A stretch of DNA of 22,551 bases from Bilabrum cf. latius (Eukaryota): NCBI GenBank assembly GCA_965178125.1, contig OZ237749.1, forward strand, positions 1,178,001-1,200,551, in the 5' to 3' direction. Each line of letters starts with the position of its first letter. Positions within the stretch are counted from its first letter, which is position 1. The notes under the pieces are model-generated. The model ran no database searches. It saw only the letters and a program-made list of their open reading frames with translations, and was not told where the DNA came from. This document shows, piece after piece, positions 1 through 10,476 of this stretch. A program made the position numbers and the translations under genes.

Positions 1-2679
1 GCTCTGCGTCTAAGGGGTGTCCGGGAGCGGTACTTCCACATCGACGACGCCATGGGCCTCGACGCAGCCGGCAAGGCCTCGGGGGGGCGGGATGCGTCTG
101 CAGCAGCCGCAGGGGGTGGAGGCTTGCGGCCGGCAGGGTATGACACGAAGGATCCGGTGAGCTGCGTCACCGCCAGCAGGTAGTGCATGCTAGTGGGTCG
201 GGCATCAGGCGCGGTGTCAAGGTACACCCTGCCGCACCTGGTGCAGGATGCAGAGTACAGGCTGCGCAAGCCAGCAGCCAGGCTGGCTCTCAACTGCGAC
301 AGTACAGTGTTCAGTGTGGTGGACGACTCGGGCTTCCTGTCTTTCTTCGACACGAGGAGGCACCGGGTGGACCCGTCCACCGGACAGTCCGTGGAAGGCG
401 AGCAGCTCCCCGAGGAGCGCAAGGATGCGTGGGCCATGCGGTGGGCCGAGGACTCCCCGGAGCTGTTCGCGTCGATGGAGAAAACCAAGATGATTGTGTA
501 CAGGGACTGCAAGCCAGGTGACCCGGTGCTGTCCAGCGGCTACCTGGGGCGGTTCAGGGATCTCCGGGTGCAGGTGGCCATGCTGGACGACGTGATGGTG
601 GAGCCGGACCTGGCCAAGGTGAGTGACTGCGTGCTCTTCCACGAGACCAAGTCGCTCGAGGAGGCGTAGGTGCTCATCGAGTCAGCGTCGCCGCAGAAAG
701 CCGTGCAGTACATCCAGGAACATTCGCACCCCAGGCTGTGGCGGCTGCTGGCCGAGGGCGCCCTGGAGCGGCTCGATTTCGCGACTGCAGAGCAGGCCTT
801 TGTGGGCGGGCAAGACTATGCCGGGATCTAGCTCGTGAAGCGGTTGCGGCGGCTAGGTCATAACGCCAAGCAGAAGGCCGAGGTGCACGTGCACTTTGGC
901 AGGTTTCAGGACGCAGAGGACGCCTACCGCGGGATGGACAGGCTGGATCTCGCGATCGAGATGCGGGCCAGGGTGGGTGACTGGGCTCGAGCACTGCAGC
1001 TCGCATCGGAGGGAGAAGCAGACGGGGTGGATCGGATTGTGGCTGAGTGCAGGCGCCGCATAGGGGACCAGCTGATGGACCAGCAGCAGTGGACCAGGGC
1101 CGCGGAGGAGCTGGCCAAGACGGATGACAAAGCTGCGCTCATCAAGTGCTACCGCGCCATGGACGACTTTGACGCGCTGGCCGGCCTCGTGGAGGAACTC
1201 CCGGATGAGTCGCCGCTGCTGGTGGAGCTCGGGAGGGCGCTGCAGTCCGCGGGTGTGGCCCAGCCAGCCGTGGAGGCTCTGCTCAAGGCGGGCTAGCCGC
1301 AGGCAGCCGTGGACTGCTGCGTGCTGCTCAACGAATGGGACAAGGCCATCGAGCTGGCGCAGACGCATGACTTCCCGCAGGTGGAGTCTTTGCTCAACAA
1401 GTACGCCGCCCGGCTCCTGGCCAAGGGTCAGGTGATCGCCGCCATCGAGCTGTACCGCAAGGCTGGCAGACATGCAGAGGCTGCCCACTTGCTAGCCCAG
1501 CTCGCGGAGAGTTCCTTGGCTGCTCGCAAGTCCCCGCTCCGTGCGAAGAAGTTGTTCGTGCTGGCCGCACTGGAGGTGGAGAGCTTCCGGCAGCAGGCGG
1601 CGGACAAGGCCGTCGAGGATGCTACTGCTAAGGGCGGGGGCGCGGTCACTGCGGCAACCGCCACTGCCGCCATGACGGCCACCATGATGGACACCATGCT
1701 GCGGACTAATGCCACGCTCTCGGCGTCCACTGTCGGGGGCGAGCGAGCAGCGAAGCGGGCCGCGCGCACGCTGGACAACGCCTGGCACGGAGCCGAGGCT
1801 CTGCACTTCTGGATGCTTGGGCAGCGGTAGCTGTACGCGCGAGAGTTTGATGCGGCGATGGCGACTGCGGCAAGGCTTGCGGCACTGTACGAGGACGTGC
1901 TCCCTGCGAGGGACGTGCACAGCCTGCTGGCCCTCGCTGCCTTCAGAGCCGGTTTCTTCGGTCTTGCCTCCAGAGCATTCATCCGACTTGAAGCCGTGGC
2001 GGCCGGGGAGGACGAAGCCGCGGACGATGCGGGGGCTGGGGGGGGTGCGAAGGCAATTGGCGGTGCGGCTCACGTGAGCGGCGGCACCGGGGCGGGAGTG
2101 AGCCTGGCCACAGCCGCCACTACCATCATGGGGGGCGCGGAGACCGCCTCTGATCTGGCCGCCGCTCTGGGTGCCATCCCGCTGCCGAGGCCTGCGACTG
2201 CGGGGCTCGGGATGGCCGCGGGGCAGCTGCCCACCGAGGCTGCTCAGGCCATGGAGGCCGGTGGGTTCGGCGCAGGGGCGGCGGGCAAGGGCGGCGTCGG
2301 CTCTGCTGCTTCTCTTGCCCTCCAAGCGGAGCAAGCCAGGAGACAGAAACAAAGGGCCCGCGAGGAGTACGAGCAGCTGGCATTCCAGCTGTTCATGAGA
2401 CACCCCCCTCGCGACCCGCAGACCCGCATGCACCCTTGCCCGCACTGCAAGGAGGGGGTGCAGGGCTGGCAACCCAACTGCTCCTCGTGCGGGGCGCTCT
2501 TCTCGCCCAGCGTGGCATCTGGGCTGCCAATTAGGGGTTAGCCTTACTATCGGTGTGGGAGGTGTAAGCACAAGTGTCTGCTGCATGAAGTGGCTGGACT
2601 TGGGCTCAAGTCTTGCCCGCTCTGCCACGAGCCAATCGACACCGAGCAGGTCGAGCGAAGGTAGAGCCAGGGAACCTGA
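1..2679 (+). CDS. WDR35: IFT-A subunit IFT121/WDR35, 5'-truncated by the window edge (about 892 C-terminal aa; TAG=Gln)
   Basis: Frame +1 is continuous from base 1 to TGA 2677-2679 if TAGs at 181, 667, 829, 1294, 1828, 2539 and 2662 are sense. WDR35 motifs: PELFASMEKTKM, HPRLWRLLAE, AAVDCCVLLNEWDKAIELA, AIELYRKAGRH, LDNAWHGAEALHFWMLGQR*LY, and C-terminal Zn-finger pairs CPHC/CSSC and CGRCKH...CPLCH. Confidence 0.95.
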
Positions 2680-2780
2680 ATCCGCACAATACATATGGTG
2701 GCATCACCGTTCTGAGAAATTTCGTAAGCACTTGCTGGTGTGGCGTAACGCATGGTCAATGCCAAGCACAGGCTGTCCAA

Positions 2781-3255
2781 TCACTTCCCTCGAGCAGCGG
2801 CCGCAGCCTTCCCAGCTCGAGCCTTCTACATCTCGACAACTCTCTCCCCGATCTTATCCTTCTCGGACTTCTTAGCTTCGATACTGTCCTGCATCTGCTT
2901 GATTTGCCTTTCAATTAGGTCAAGACGTCTGCTGACATCCGATTTCCCTTCTTCAACGGGCTGCCGAACAAGCAGCGGGCCGGACAGCTTGAATATGGAC
3001 TCTCCCTCCGCCAACGCCTCAAACTCCTCCTTGACCATAGTGTTCTCATTTCTTCGTGCGTCGAGGTCAGTCATTTGCGAAATGCATTGCTAGATGTCTG
3101 CGATGTCACAGATGAACGTGAAATTACTTGTTACTATACTTGAAGCCCTGAGCTAACACGAATAGAACCAAGCCTAGATCCGTCTCACCAGCTTCAACCT
3201 TCCTATAGCTATTGATTACTTTCGCGAACTCTTCGTCTACGCCTCCTGCCATCAT
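2781..3255 (-). CDS. PFDN6: Prefoldin subunit 6 (beta type, Yke2/PFDN6), 127 aa, exons 3255-3189 and 3097-2781
   Basis: Contains NENTMVKEEF...IFKLSGPLLVRQPVEEGKSDVSRRLDLIE, typical of PFD6. A GT-AG intron joins MMAGG...KVEA to DI*QCISQ. In-frame TAG at 3092-3090 and 2828-2826; stop TGA at 2783-2781. Confidence 0.9.
3098..3188 (-). other. Spliceosomal intron (91 nt) in PFDN6
   Basis: GTGAGA donor and CGCAG acceptor; removal restores the frame. Confidence 0.85.
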
Positions 3256-3562
3256 GCTAGGATTGCAATCCTGTCTGCTGCCGCTGCTGCCTACATTTGA
3301 ACTCCGAACGAGTGTGAATATACACACTACAAACCACAAACAAGACGTGGGCGCGATCCACGGCAGCCGCTTTTACGCACGATTGGCTCAGATTACAGGC
3401 GTATCGGACATCTTAGCCGGGTCTTATCGGTTCAAATTATAAAGATTATTCTACAGCCCCATCACTGATCGGCTAAAGTCAGTAGTATCCGAGTGTTGGA
3501 CTGCTGTTGCCAGCTGGATCCACATCTTTCGCCAACGCAGTAGTATTGGCCAGCGATAAGAC

Positions 3563-5845
3563 ATGCGAACAGTAGCTTCTATTCTTATTGCAACAGTCAG
3601 TTGTCTGGCTGGGTGCAGTGCGTAGTTGTCGGTTCCGCTCAGTGCGTCAGCCGCCGAAGCTGCAACTGCTGCAGCAGTTGGTACATTCGAGGACCCAACC
3701 AGCAACTCCCATGCTCGATTTGCGGCAGCCAAAATCACCTCTATGAGTGAGCAACTCCCAGGCACCTCGGTGCAGTTCCCAAGCGCCAGCAAGGCACGAG
3801 CATGCAAGTCGCTGCAGTCCAGTCAAGGTAGTGATGCTGATATGGCCTTGTCATTCGCTGCGGCTGCTCATCTCGATTGTAAATGGGTATCGAAGCCTTC
3901 CGCTGGCGTAAAGAAGGCAGTCTCCGGTGCGCTTGCCTCAAAATCGGTCCCGTCCATCCTTGCGGCCCTGGAGGCCGCAAAGCACGCACCAAAGCTGCTG
4001 GATGGCAAGCTAGTGGGTGGTAGTAAGAAGGAAGCATCTGACCTCGTGCAGATGCTAATTGACAGCTTTGATGCGTCTGGCGAGTCTGCTTGGGCACCGT
4101 TCAGCTCGGATGACGCGCCTCGTAGCGCCGCCGTGACCTCGATGGCACTGCGCTCCTTGGCTCTAGTCGCTGAGCTGGCGTGTCCCAGCAGCGACGAGGG
4201 CGAGGAATGCCAGTCTATGAGGCAGTCAGTGGTGGAGGCCGGTGCACAAGCTAGTGTTCTGCTGGACAAGGCCGGTGTGGCCGGTCCTGGATCGAGCGGG
4301 GATGTCTCCCTCTCGTTGGAGGTCTCGGACTGGCTGCCCGAGAGGGAGGAGGCTCTCGGGGATGCGATGCTGACCAAACAGGCACGAGCGCAGGTGGAGG
4401 CGTTCTGGGCTACCCACGGCTCCCCAGCCCAGGCCACGGGCCAGCTGGCAAGCGCGCTGATGGACCTGCACGCAGTGACCAGAGCCGACCTTGAGGTGAC
4501 CGCTGACCAGCTGGCGGCCATGGCGCAGGCACTCGTCACACGGGCTCACGAAGCGGCCAGCACAGGAAACGTCGAGCAAGCAGCTGCAGCCCTGGATGGG
4601 CTGGTGGCGCTGTCTCGCCGCAACGTGGTGTCCGTCCCCGTGGCCCTGCAGGTGGTCCCCGCCAAGGGAGACCGCGTGGCTGTGCGGGCGTCCGACCCCC
4701 TGGGTGCGCCTCTGGCCGATGCCAAGGGGTGCGTACTGCGGGCACAGCTCGCCAGACAACTCAGCGGGCCGGAGGAGTCTGACGATCTCAAGATTGATCT
4801 GGAGTTCTCGCTGAGGAAGCCCAAGGCGGGTGCCAAGTCGCAGGACACCGTGTTCGTGGCCAAGGGGGTCTCCGCTGCTCTCTCCGCCCAGGGAGGCACC
4901 TTCGAGCTGGACCTCACTTTCGCCCCCCCGGACAGCCCATCACATGGGCCCCCGCTGCACTCGGTCGAGGCCACCTCCCGCGCCGTGCGGCTGCCCCTCA
5001 AGGCGGCTCTCAAGAACGGCGAGGTTCTCGTGAGCAGCTCGCCAAGGGCCAGCGATGACTCCGCCGTGGTCTCGCGCTCTGACATCGATGCCAAGGGTAG
5101 AGGCGCGGCCACTGTCACGGCGGGCTCGGCGCAGTACGTGCACGTGCTGTTCTCCGTGACGGCCTCGGGCGCCTCCATGCAGCCCCACCAGGCCCTCGTG
5201 CGTCTGACTCCGAGGTCAGGCCCCGGCTCAGCGGCGTTCTTCGTGGCACGGGTCGACTCTGGCGATGAGTCGGAGGGTGGATCGGTCACCATGCGGGCAA
5301 GCATCAACGTAGGCGACCGTCGCGAGCTTGGCGCGGCTGCCGATGGCGGCGCGTTCGATGCTGCCATCGTGATCGGAGACTCTCGCCTCAGCGTCGGCCT
5401 CGAGGTGCCAGTGGGCACGGTGGTGCTGGAGACCCCCTCCCCGCCCCCCGCCCAGGAGGAGATCCTCTACTCCAAGCCGCTGCTGCACGAGAGCGACACC
5501 GCCACGGCCCCTCTGCGGGAGATCGTGCACCAGTTCAATCCCCCGGAGAAACAGCCCCCGATTGTGGTGCCTCTGGCGGTGACGGGGGGCCTAGCTGCCG
5601 TGCTGGCGCTTTTCGTGACCACCGTGGGTGCCCTCAGCCACTCGTGGCGGTCTCCGGGGGCTGCCGGGCTGGGGCTGCTCGCAGTAGTGGGCTCCATGCT
5701 GGCAGTGCTGGGCCTGTACTTCTTCTAGGCTGGCCCTGTGGACAACGCTTTCACCGCGCTAGCCCTGCTGGGCATCCTGTCGGTGCCAGCGCTATTCGTT
5801 GGGAGGTCGGCTCTGGGCGCGCTCGCGGCGCAGGATGCCAAGTGA
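3563..5845 (+). CDS. RPN2: Oligosaccharyltransferase subunit ribophorin II (Swp1/RPN2), 760 aa
   Basis: Signal-peptide-like MRTVASILIATVSCLAGCSA, then TAG 3623. Contains the PHQALVRL motif and EIVHQFNPPEKQPP (RPN2 EIxHxFRxPEKRPP), followed by three hydrophobic segments. The third lies after TAG 5726. Stop TGA 5843-5845. Confidence 0.88.
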
Positions 5846-5987
5846 AGAATATGGTGCTGTCTAGGTGTATCGGTGCATTCAACGAAAATGATGCGGCCCT
5901 GCCAAGGGTAGGACAGCGGGTTTGAGTTGGTATATGGTGGTTGCAATAGTCTAGTCTAGTGCGAGAATGCAACGTCTACGAGGTCTA

Positions 5988-6739
5988 TCAATCCCCCATA
6001 AATATCCTACTCGCGATATCTCCCACCACCCAATCGACTCCTTCCACAAGCCCGTCTCCTGTGTATGCTGAGCACCCCTCGATACTCCAGTGCCTTCCTT
6101 CGTACACTGGGTGCGTTCCAAGTTCGAGAAGCTCAGCGATCTCCTTTGGCGGCAACGCACCTTTGATGTCCTGCTTGTTCGCGAACACTAGCAACGATGC
6201 GCCAGCCAACTTCTCCTGCTGCAGGAGACCGAATAGCTCTTTCTTGCAGTCCAGAAGCCGCTTCTTGTCGGCCGAATCAACTACCCAAACTACCCCGTCC
6301 GTAGACTCGAAATAATTCTTCCAGTATGACCTAATTGTCGTCTGACCGCCAACGTCCCATACATTCAACTTGTACCTGCAAAATTCAACGGGGCAGGCAG
6401 GTACCAAACCGCGCTAGCGGACAGAGTGCAGCACAGAGATTTCGAACGGTCATGAGACTTTCGGATGCCCTCACGACTTGTACTCTAACGTCTTGATATC
6501 AAATCCAAGCGTGGGTGAGATGGTACTGATATCTTCCCCATTAAATTTCCTGAGAACTGTAGATTTTCCAGCGTTGTCAAGTCCCCTGCGAACATTAAGA
6601 TTGCAAGTCGCACCGTTCAAAGGCATAGCATTCGTGACGTGATCCGAGTAGTTCGGACTATACCTCTGGCTCACAGGATGAGAATTCGCATCTCTTTTTC
6701 TTTCTACTTCAACTTCTTCAAGATTGTGAGCAGCCCCAT
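5988..6739 (-). CDS. ARL2: ARF-like GTPase ARL2, 187 aa, exons 6739-6675, 6585-6475 and 6375-5988
   Basis: [64 protein letters not shown] at codon 12 (6706-6704); stop TGA 5990-5988. Confidence 0.96.
6376..6474 (-). other. Spliceosomal intron 2 (99 nt) of ARL2
   Basis: GTGAGG...TGCAG; splicing gives LEYKSYKLNVWD. Confidence 0.9.
6586..6674 (-). other. Spliceosomal intron 1 (89 nt) of ARL2
   Basis: GTGAGC...CGCAG; splicing gives RILILGLDNAGK. Confidence 0.9.
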
Positions 6740-6860
6740 TGCTACGGGAGTATACAAGTCGGGGAGTGAAACTGTTGTGCTACAGTGCAATGCATACAAC
6801 ACTCGTCACACAGTGGTCTCGCTCGATTTCGCGTTTGAAACAAACGATTGCTACAGCTCC
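6740..6860. promoter_or_regulatory. Putative bidirectional promoter between ARL2 and RFC4 (121 bp between start codons)
   Basis: Divergent ATGs at 6739 and 6861. Contains GCTACAGTGCA and CGATTTCGCGTTTGAAA. Confidence 0.55.
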
Positions 6861-8110
6861 ATGGCAGCAACTAGTGGCGCGCTAGGAACTGGCAAGAAAT
6901 CTGCTTCAAAGGTCATTCCTTGGGTAGAGAAATAGTAAGGCGCCAGTTGACAGCACAGTGTGCTATGTTTCTTCTTGGATTCGTAGCTGCCGAACCGTCC
7001 AATTTCCGCTTCGCAGCCGCCCCAAGAAAGTTTCGGAGGTGTCCTTTCAGGATGAAGTTACAAAAGCTCTCGAAAATTCCATCCGAACCGGCGATGTAAG
7101 TACATGGCTGTTGGTGACAGTTTGCCTAGCCTCCAGCGCTACGCTGCACTTGTAGCTTGATCAAAACAGTGTCCTCGCAGTTGCCCCACTTGCTATTTTA
7201 CGGGCCCCCGGGAACAGGTAAAACGAGTGCAGCCAACGCTGTCGCAAGCGAATTGTTTGGGCCGGAGCTGATCAGAGCCAGGAAGCTAGAATTGAATGCG
7301 TCAGATGAGCGAGGAATCTCGGTCGTTCGCGAAAAGATCAAAGCGTTTGCGTCTGGATCAGTTGGATATGGTGCATCCACCTCGGCAGCACCGCGACGAA
7401 GAGTCCCGGCTTTCAAGCTCATCGTCTTGGATGAGGCGGACTCCCTCACCCCGGATGCTCAAGCAGCCTTGCGGCGAACGATGGAGACGTATTCTCACGT
7501 GACGCGGTTCTGCTTGATTTGCAATTATGTGAGCAGAATCATCGAGCCACTGACCAGCCGGTGTGCCAAGTTCCGATTCAAGCCCCTGGACGACGGGAGC
7601 ATGCGAGCGCGGCTCCGGCTCATCGCCGACGCCGAAGGGGTGGCGATGGACGCAGAGGCGGAGGGGGCGCTCCTCTCGTCGAGTGGGGGCGACTTGCGCC
7701 GGGCCATCGCCACCCTCCAGGGCACGGCTTAGATGCACGGCGTTGACGGCGTGTCCAAAGACAGGGTGCTGGCCATGAGCGGGAGACTGCCGGATGCCGT
7801 GTCGAGGCGGTTCTGGGAGGCGGCTCGCGGGGAGGACGTCGCTCGCGTGGTGGCGGTAGCCAAGGAACTGTCCAGCCTGGGCTTTGCTGCATCCGACGTT
7901 CTGGAGCGGCTGTTTGAGGACTCGATCGAGCTTGGCGCCAGCGCCAGCAGCAAGGCCAAGGCTCGCATTGCTAAGTGCCTGGCGGAGAGCCATAAGGCAT
8001 TGCTGGACGGGGCAGATGAGAGCCTGCAGCTGCTGCATGTGGCCATGTCGGTGCAGCGCGCCCTGCACGATTGGGTCATCCCGGATGAGTTCGCTATGCG
8101 GCAACTCTGA
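6861..8110 (+). CDS. RFC4: Replication factor C small subunit (human RFC4 / yeast Rfc2 type), 360 aa, exons 6861-6934, 7017-7095 and 7181-8110
   Basis: [96 protein letters not shown]. In-frame TAG 7730; stop TGA 8108-8110. Confidence 0.93.
6935..7016 (+). other. Spliceosomal intron 1 (82 nt) of RFC4
   Basis: GTAAGG...CGCAG; it splits the TAC codon of PWVEKYRP. Confidence 0.92.
7096..7180 (+). other. Spliceosomal intron 2 (85 nt) of RFC4
   Basis: GTAAGT...CGCAG; splicing gives [11 protein letters not shown]. Confidence 0.92.
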
Positions 8111-8221
8111 TACATGTGCTACTGGATAGAGAGGGGTTAGCCTATGTGCTACTAGATAGAGAATCATCCTAGCCAAGTGGTCAAATCAGGCTAGTGTCCG
8201 TGACATCAACGCAAATCCAAA

Positions 8222-9034
8222 TCACAAACCCGCCTTCCGATTCTGCTCGCGCCTCCTCTCCGCCTCTTCCTTTCGCCGCTTCCGTTCCGCTCTCTTCTTC
8301 TTCCTCTCCACCTCGTCCTGCTTGCGCTTCTCTCGGAGCTCACGAGCCGCTACGTACGACTCTGCCGGGGGAGGCACCCATCCTTCTAATTTGCCCACCC
8401 TTACATACTTGCCCGAGTAGAACTCGACCTGCTCTTCCAGCTCGAGTGTTTCACGGGCCCCGAAATCGCTAAGGTCCGGATTCTCGACGTCATCCTTTTC
8501 TAAAGAACCAGTAGGGAGACTTTTACTGCCATCACGGCCTGCAAATATATGATACGGGGCATCAGGGCCGTAAAAGTGTGCACCCGCCGATACATCGAAC
8601 ACAATGCCGCCGCATGCTAGCAGGATCGGCTTAGTAGGATCCGTCCCGTCATACGCGCGCAACTCCTCCTTAGTGTACTATCGTTCACCGCTAATCTAGA
8701 TGACAAGAAATGACCACATCTGCTGCACCTGTATCCAGCCCATGCCAGCAACACTATCGTCAGGCATGTACGGGCACCCCGTGCGAGCAGTTGAGATCTC
8801 GTGAAAGTTGCCAGCTGGAATCAACAAGGTACTCAAACACCCAATAGACCCTACTATGGCCATGAGCACCCAAACAAAATATGGGAGCCCCTTTCGGCTA
8901 GATTTTGCCTTGCCATGAGGCGCACGCTCTGCTTCTTTCGATTCAACGCCTGTACTAGAGAGCATAGACCTACGTTCCCGCCTATTCCGCACATTACTGT
9001 TATTTTCATCACGTATGCCGGGTTCCGGCTGCAT
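8222..9034 (-). CDS. Membrane-anchored cytochrome b5-like heme/steroid-binding protein (MAPR family), about 270 aa
   Basis: Hydrophobic segment YFVWVLMAIVGSIGCLSTLLIP, then R*YTKEELRAYDGTDPTKPILLACGGIVFDVSAGAHFYGPDAPYHIFAGRDGS...YSGKYVRVGKL. TAGs at 8698-8696 and 8680-8678 link the TM part to the domain. Stop TGA 8224-8222. Confidence 0.88.
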
Positions 9035-9160
9035 CAATGGCGCAGCCTCTTGATTCGTTTCTGCTACACCTCCCGTGCCGTGACGTAGTGCGCTACAGTG
9101 CAGTGATTAGCCGCGATTTCCGTTGAGCCGGCACTTCTGCAGCGATTTAGCCAAGTTCAC

Positions 9161-10419
9161 ATGTCAAGTCGGCGCAAGTGAGTCTTTATTGTGTATGATG
9201 TAAATATATCTTTCTACAGACCCCGGATTATCCTCCTATACTCTATAATTGCCGGCGTAAATTCCGCCTTTATTGCAACCGCAGAGGCATGCCACATAGC
9301 ATCTTGGAGCAACGGGAGAAGGGTTTTGATTTGTCGGGATTATCCTCTGGCAAGTTGGACTACAACCCACTGTACGACTCCAACCTGAGACACTTCTTTG
9401 AGAGTGGTGGAGTGCAAAGGATTCTCAGGAGCACTGGCATGCTAGACTCAGACGGGCGAGTAATAGACATGGACAGGTTCAAAAGCAAGGTAAATATTAT
9501 TGAGCAAGAGTTCAGAACAGTTGAGGCGGAGGAAGAACAGCGTCGTAGGGAGGAAGAGGCGATGCGCAAGCGAGTTAGACAGAGACGCTACGAGGCTCTT
9601 GAAAGGGCTAGATAGCAGGAAAAACTGCAAAAAATGCGGTAGGATAGGAAGATTCGTGCTCAAATTCTCAGAGTAGCGCGGGGTATCGCCCCCGCTGGTC
9701 CCCCAGCTGGCGCAAAGAGAACATCAGGTCGATCAGTGCTTGCGCACAGCGCAAGCGCTGGCGTCCTAGGCAGCCGACCTGGCATGGGTGGGTCCCATGC
9801 TGCAGCCGCTGGCCTATATGGACAAGGTGGCGGCGCGAGGCGCAAAGTCAAGCGCAAAGGCAAGAAGAAGAGGGCTGCCGCGAGACAAGAAGCAGCCGGG
9901 TTTGCATCGAACTCCCCCCCCTTCGCTGCTGACGTCCATCGCACTCACGTGCCGGCAAGAGCTCCCGACGAGAGCAGGTTTCGCGATCCTATGGCACATG
10001 ATGAGTATGACCGTGGAGCTGTGGTAGAGCTTCCCAGGGAGGCTGGTGCGGCGGAAGAGCCGGCTAGCTCTGCCCCACTGGCACCACCACGCGCTACCTC
10101 TGAGCGGGCGGCGAGCCAGGCCTAGGCAGGAGGGGCTAGCTAGGCCTACTAGGCAGGAGGGGCGTACGACTATATTGATGTGCTCGCCCAAGAGGCCCGC
10201 AAAGACGCCGAGCGCATGGCGGAGTCTGCTAGAAGCCTTGGGGGCGGCACCGGCGGAGCCTCGGGGGCTGGGACGGCCAGATCTATGCGGTCTGCTGGGC
10301 TAGGTGACATTGCCGGTGCAGTTGCACCCGGCACAGCTGGGAGCGCAGACGTTGTCGTGACCGATGCAGACGGGTTTGCCATCCCTCCGGCCACAGATGC
10401 GGATGGCTTCAATTTGTGA
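9161..10419 (+). CDS. Uncharacterised protein with an ERICH3-N-like motif, coiled coil and low-complexity tail, about 383 aa, exons 9161-9177 and 9285-10419
   Basis: YNPLYDSNLRHFF...ILRSTGMLDSDGRVID resembles the YNSLxDxHLxxYF...L...G.I...GR motif I recall from ERICH3-type ciliary proteins. Frame is continuous over TAGs at 9613, 9640, 10123, 10141 and 10150; stop TGA 10417-10419. The first exon is inferred; ATG 9289 is an alternative start. Confidence 0.7.
9178..9284 (+). other. Predicted spliceosomal intron (107 nt)
   Basis: GTGAGT...CGCAG; joins MSSRRK to GMPHS in frame. Confidence 0.65.
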
Positions 10420-10476
10420 ATGATCCCATGCGAAACTAGATAGTATGTTGTGCACTATGTGAATGATACAGTCGCG

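Noticed and set aside
6933-6935. Apparent in-frame TAG at the Tyr of PWVEKY in RFC4
   Set aside because: It is TA plus the G of the GTAAGG intron donor. Splicing restores TAC, so it was not counted.
1-10419. Functional cluster of tubulin/cilium genes (WDR35, PFDN6, ARL2, ERICH3-like)
   Set aside because: They are interleaved with unrelated housekeeping genes, and such genes are common in flagellate genomes, so chance cannot be excluded.
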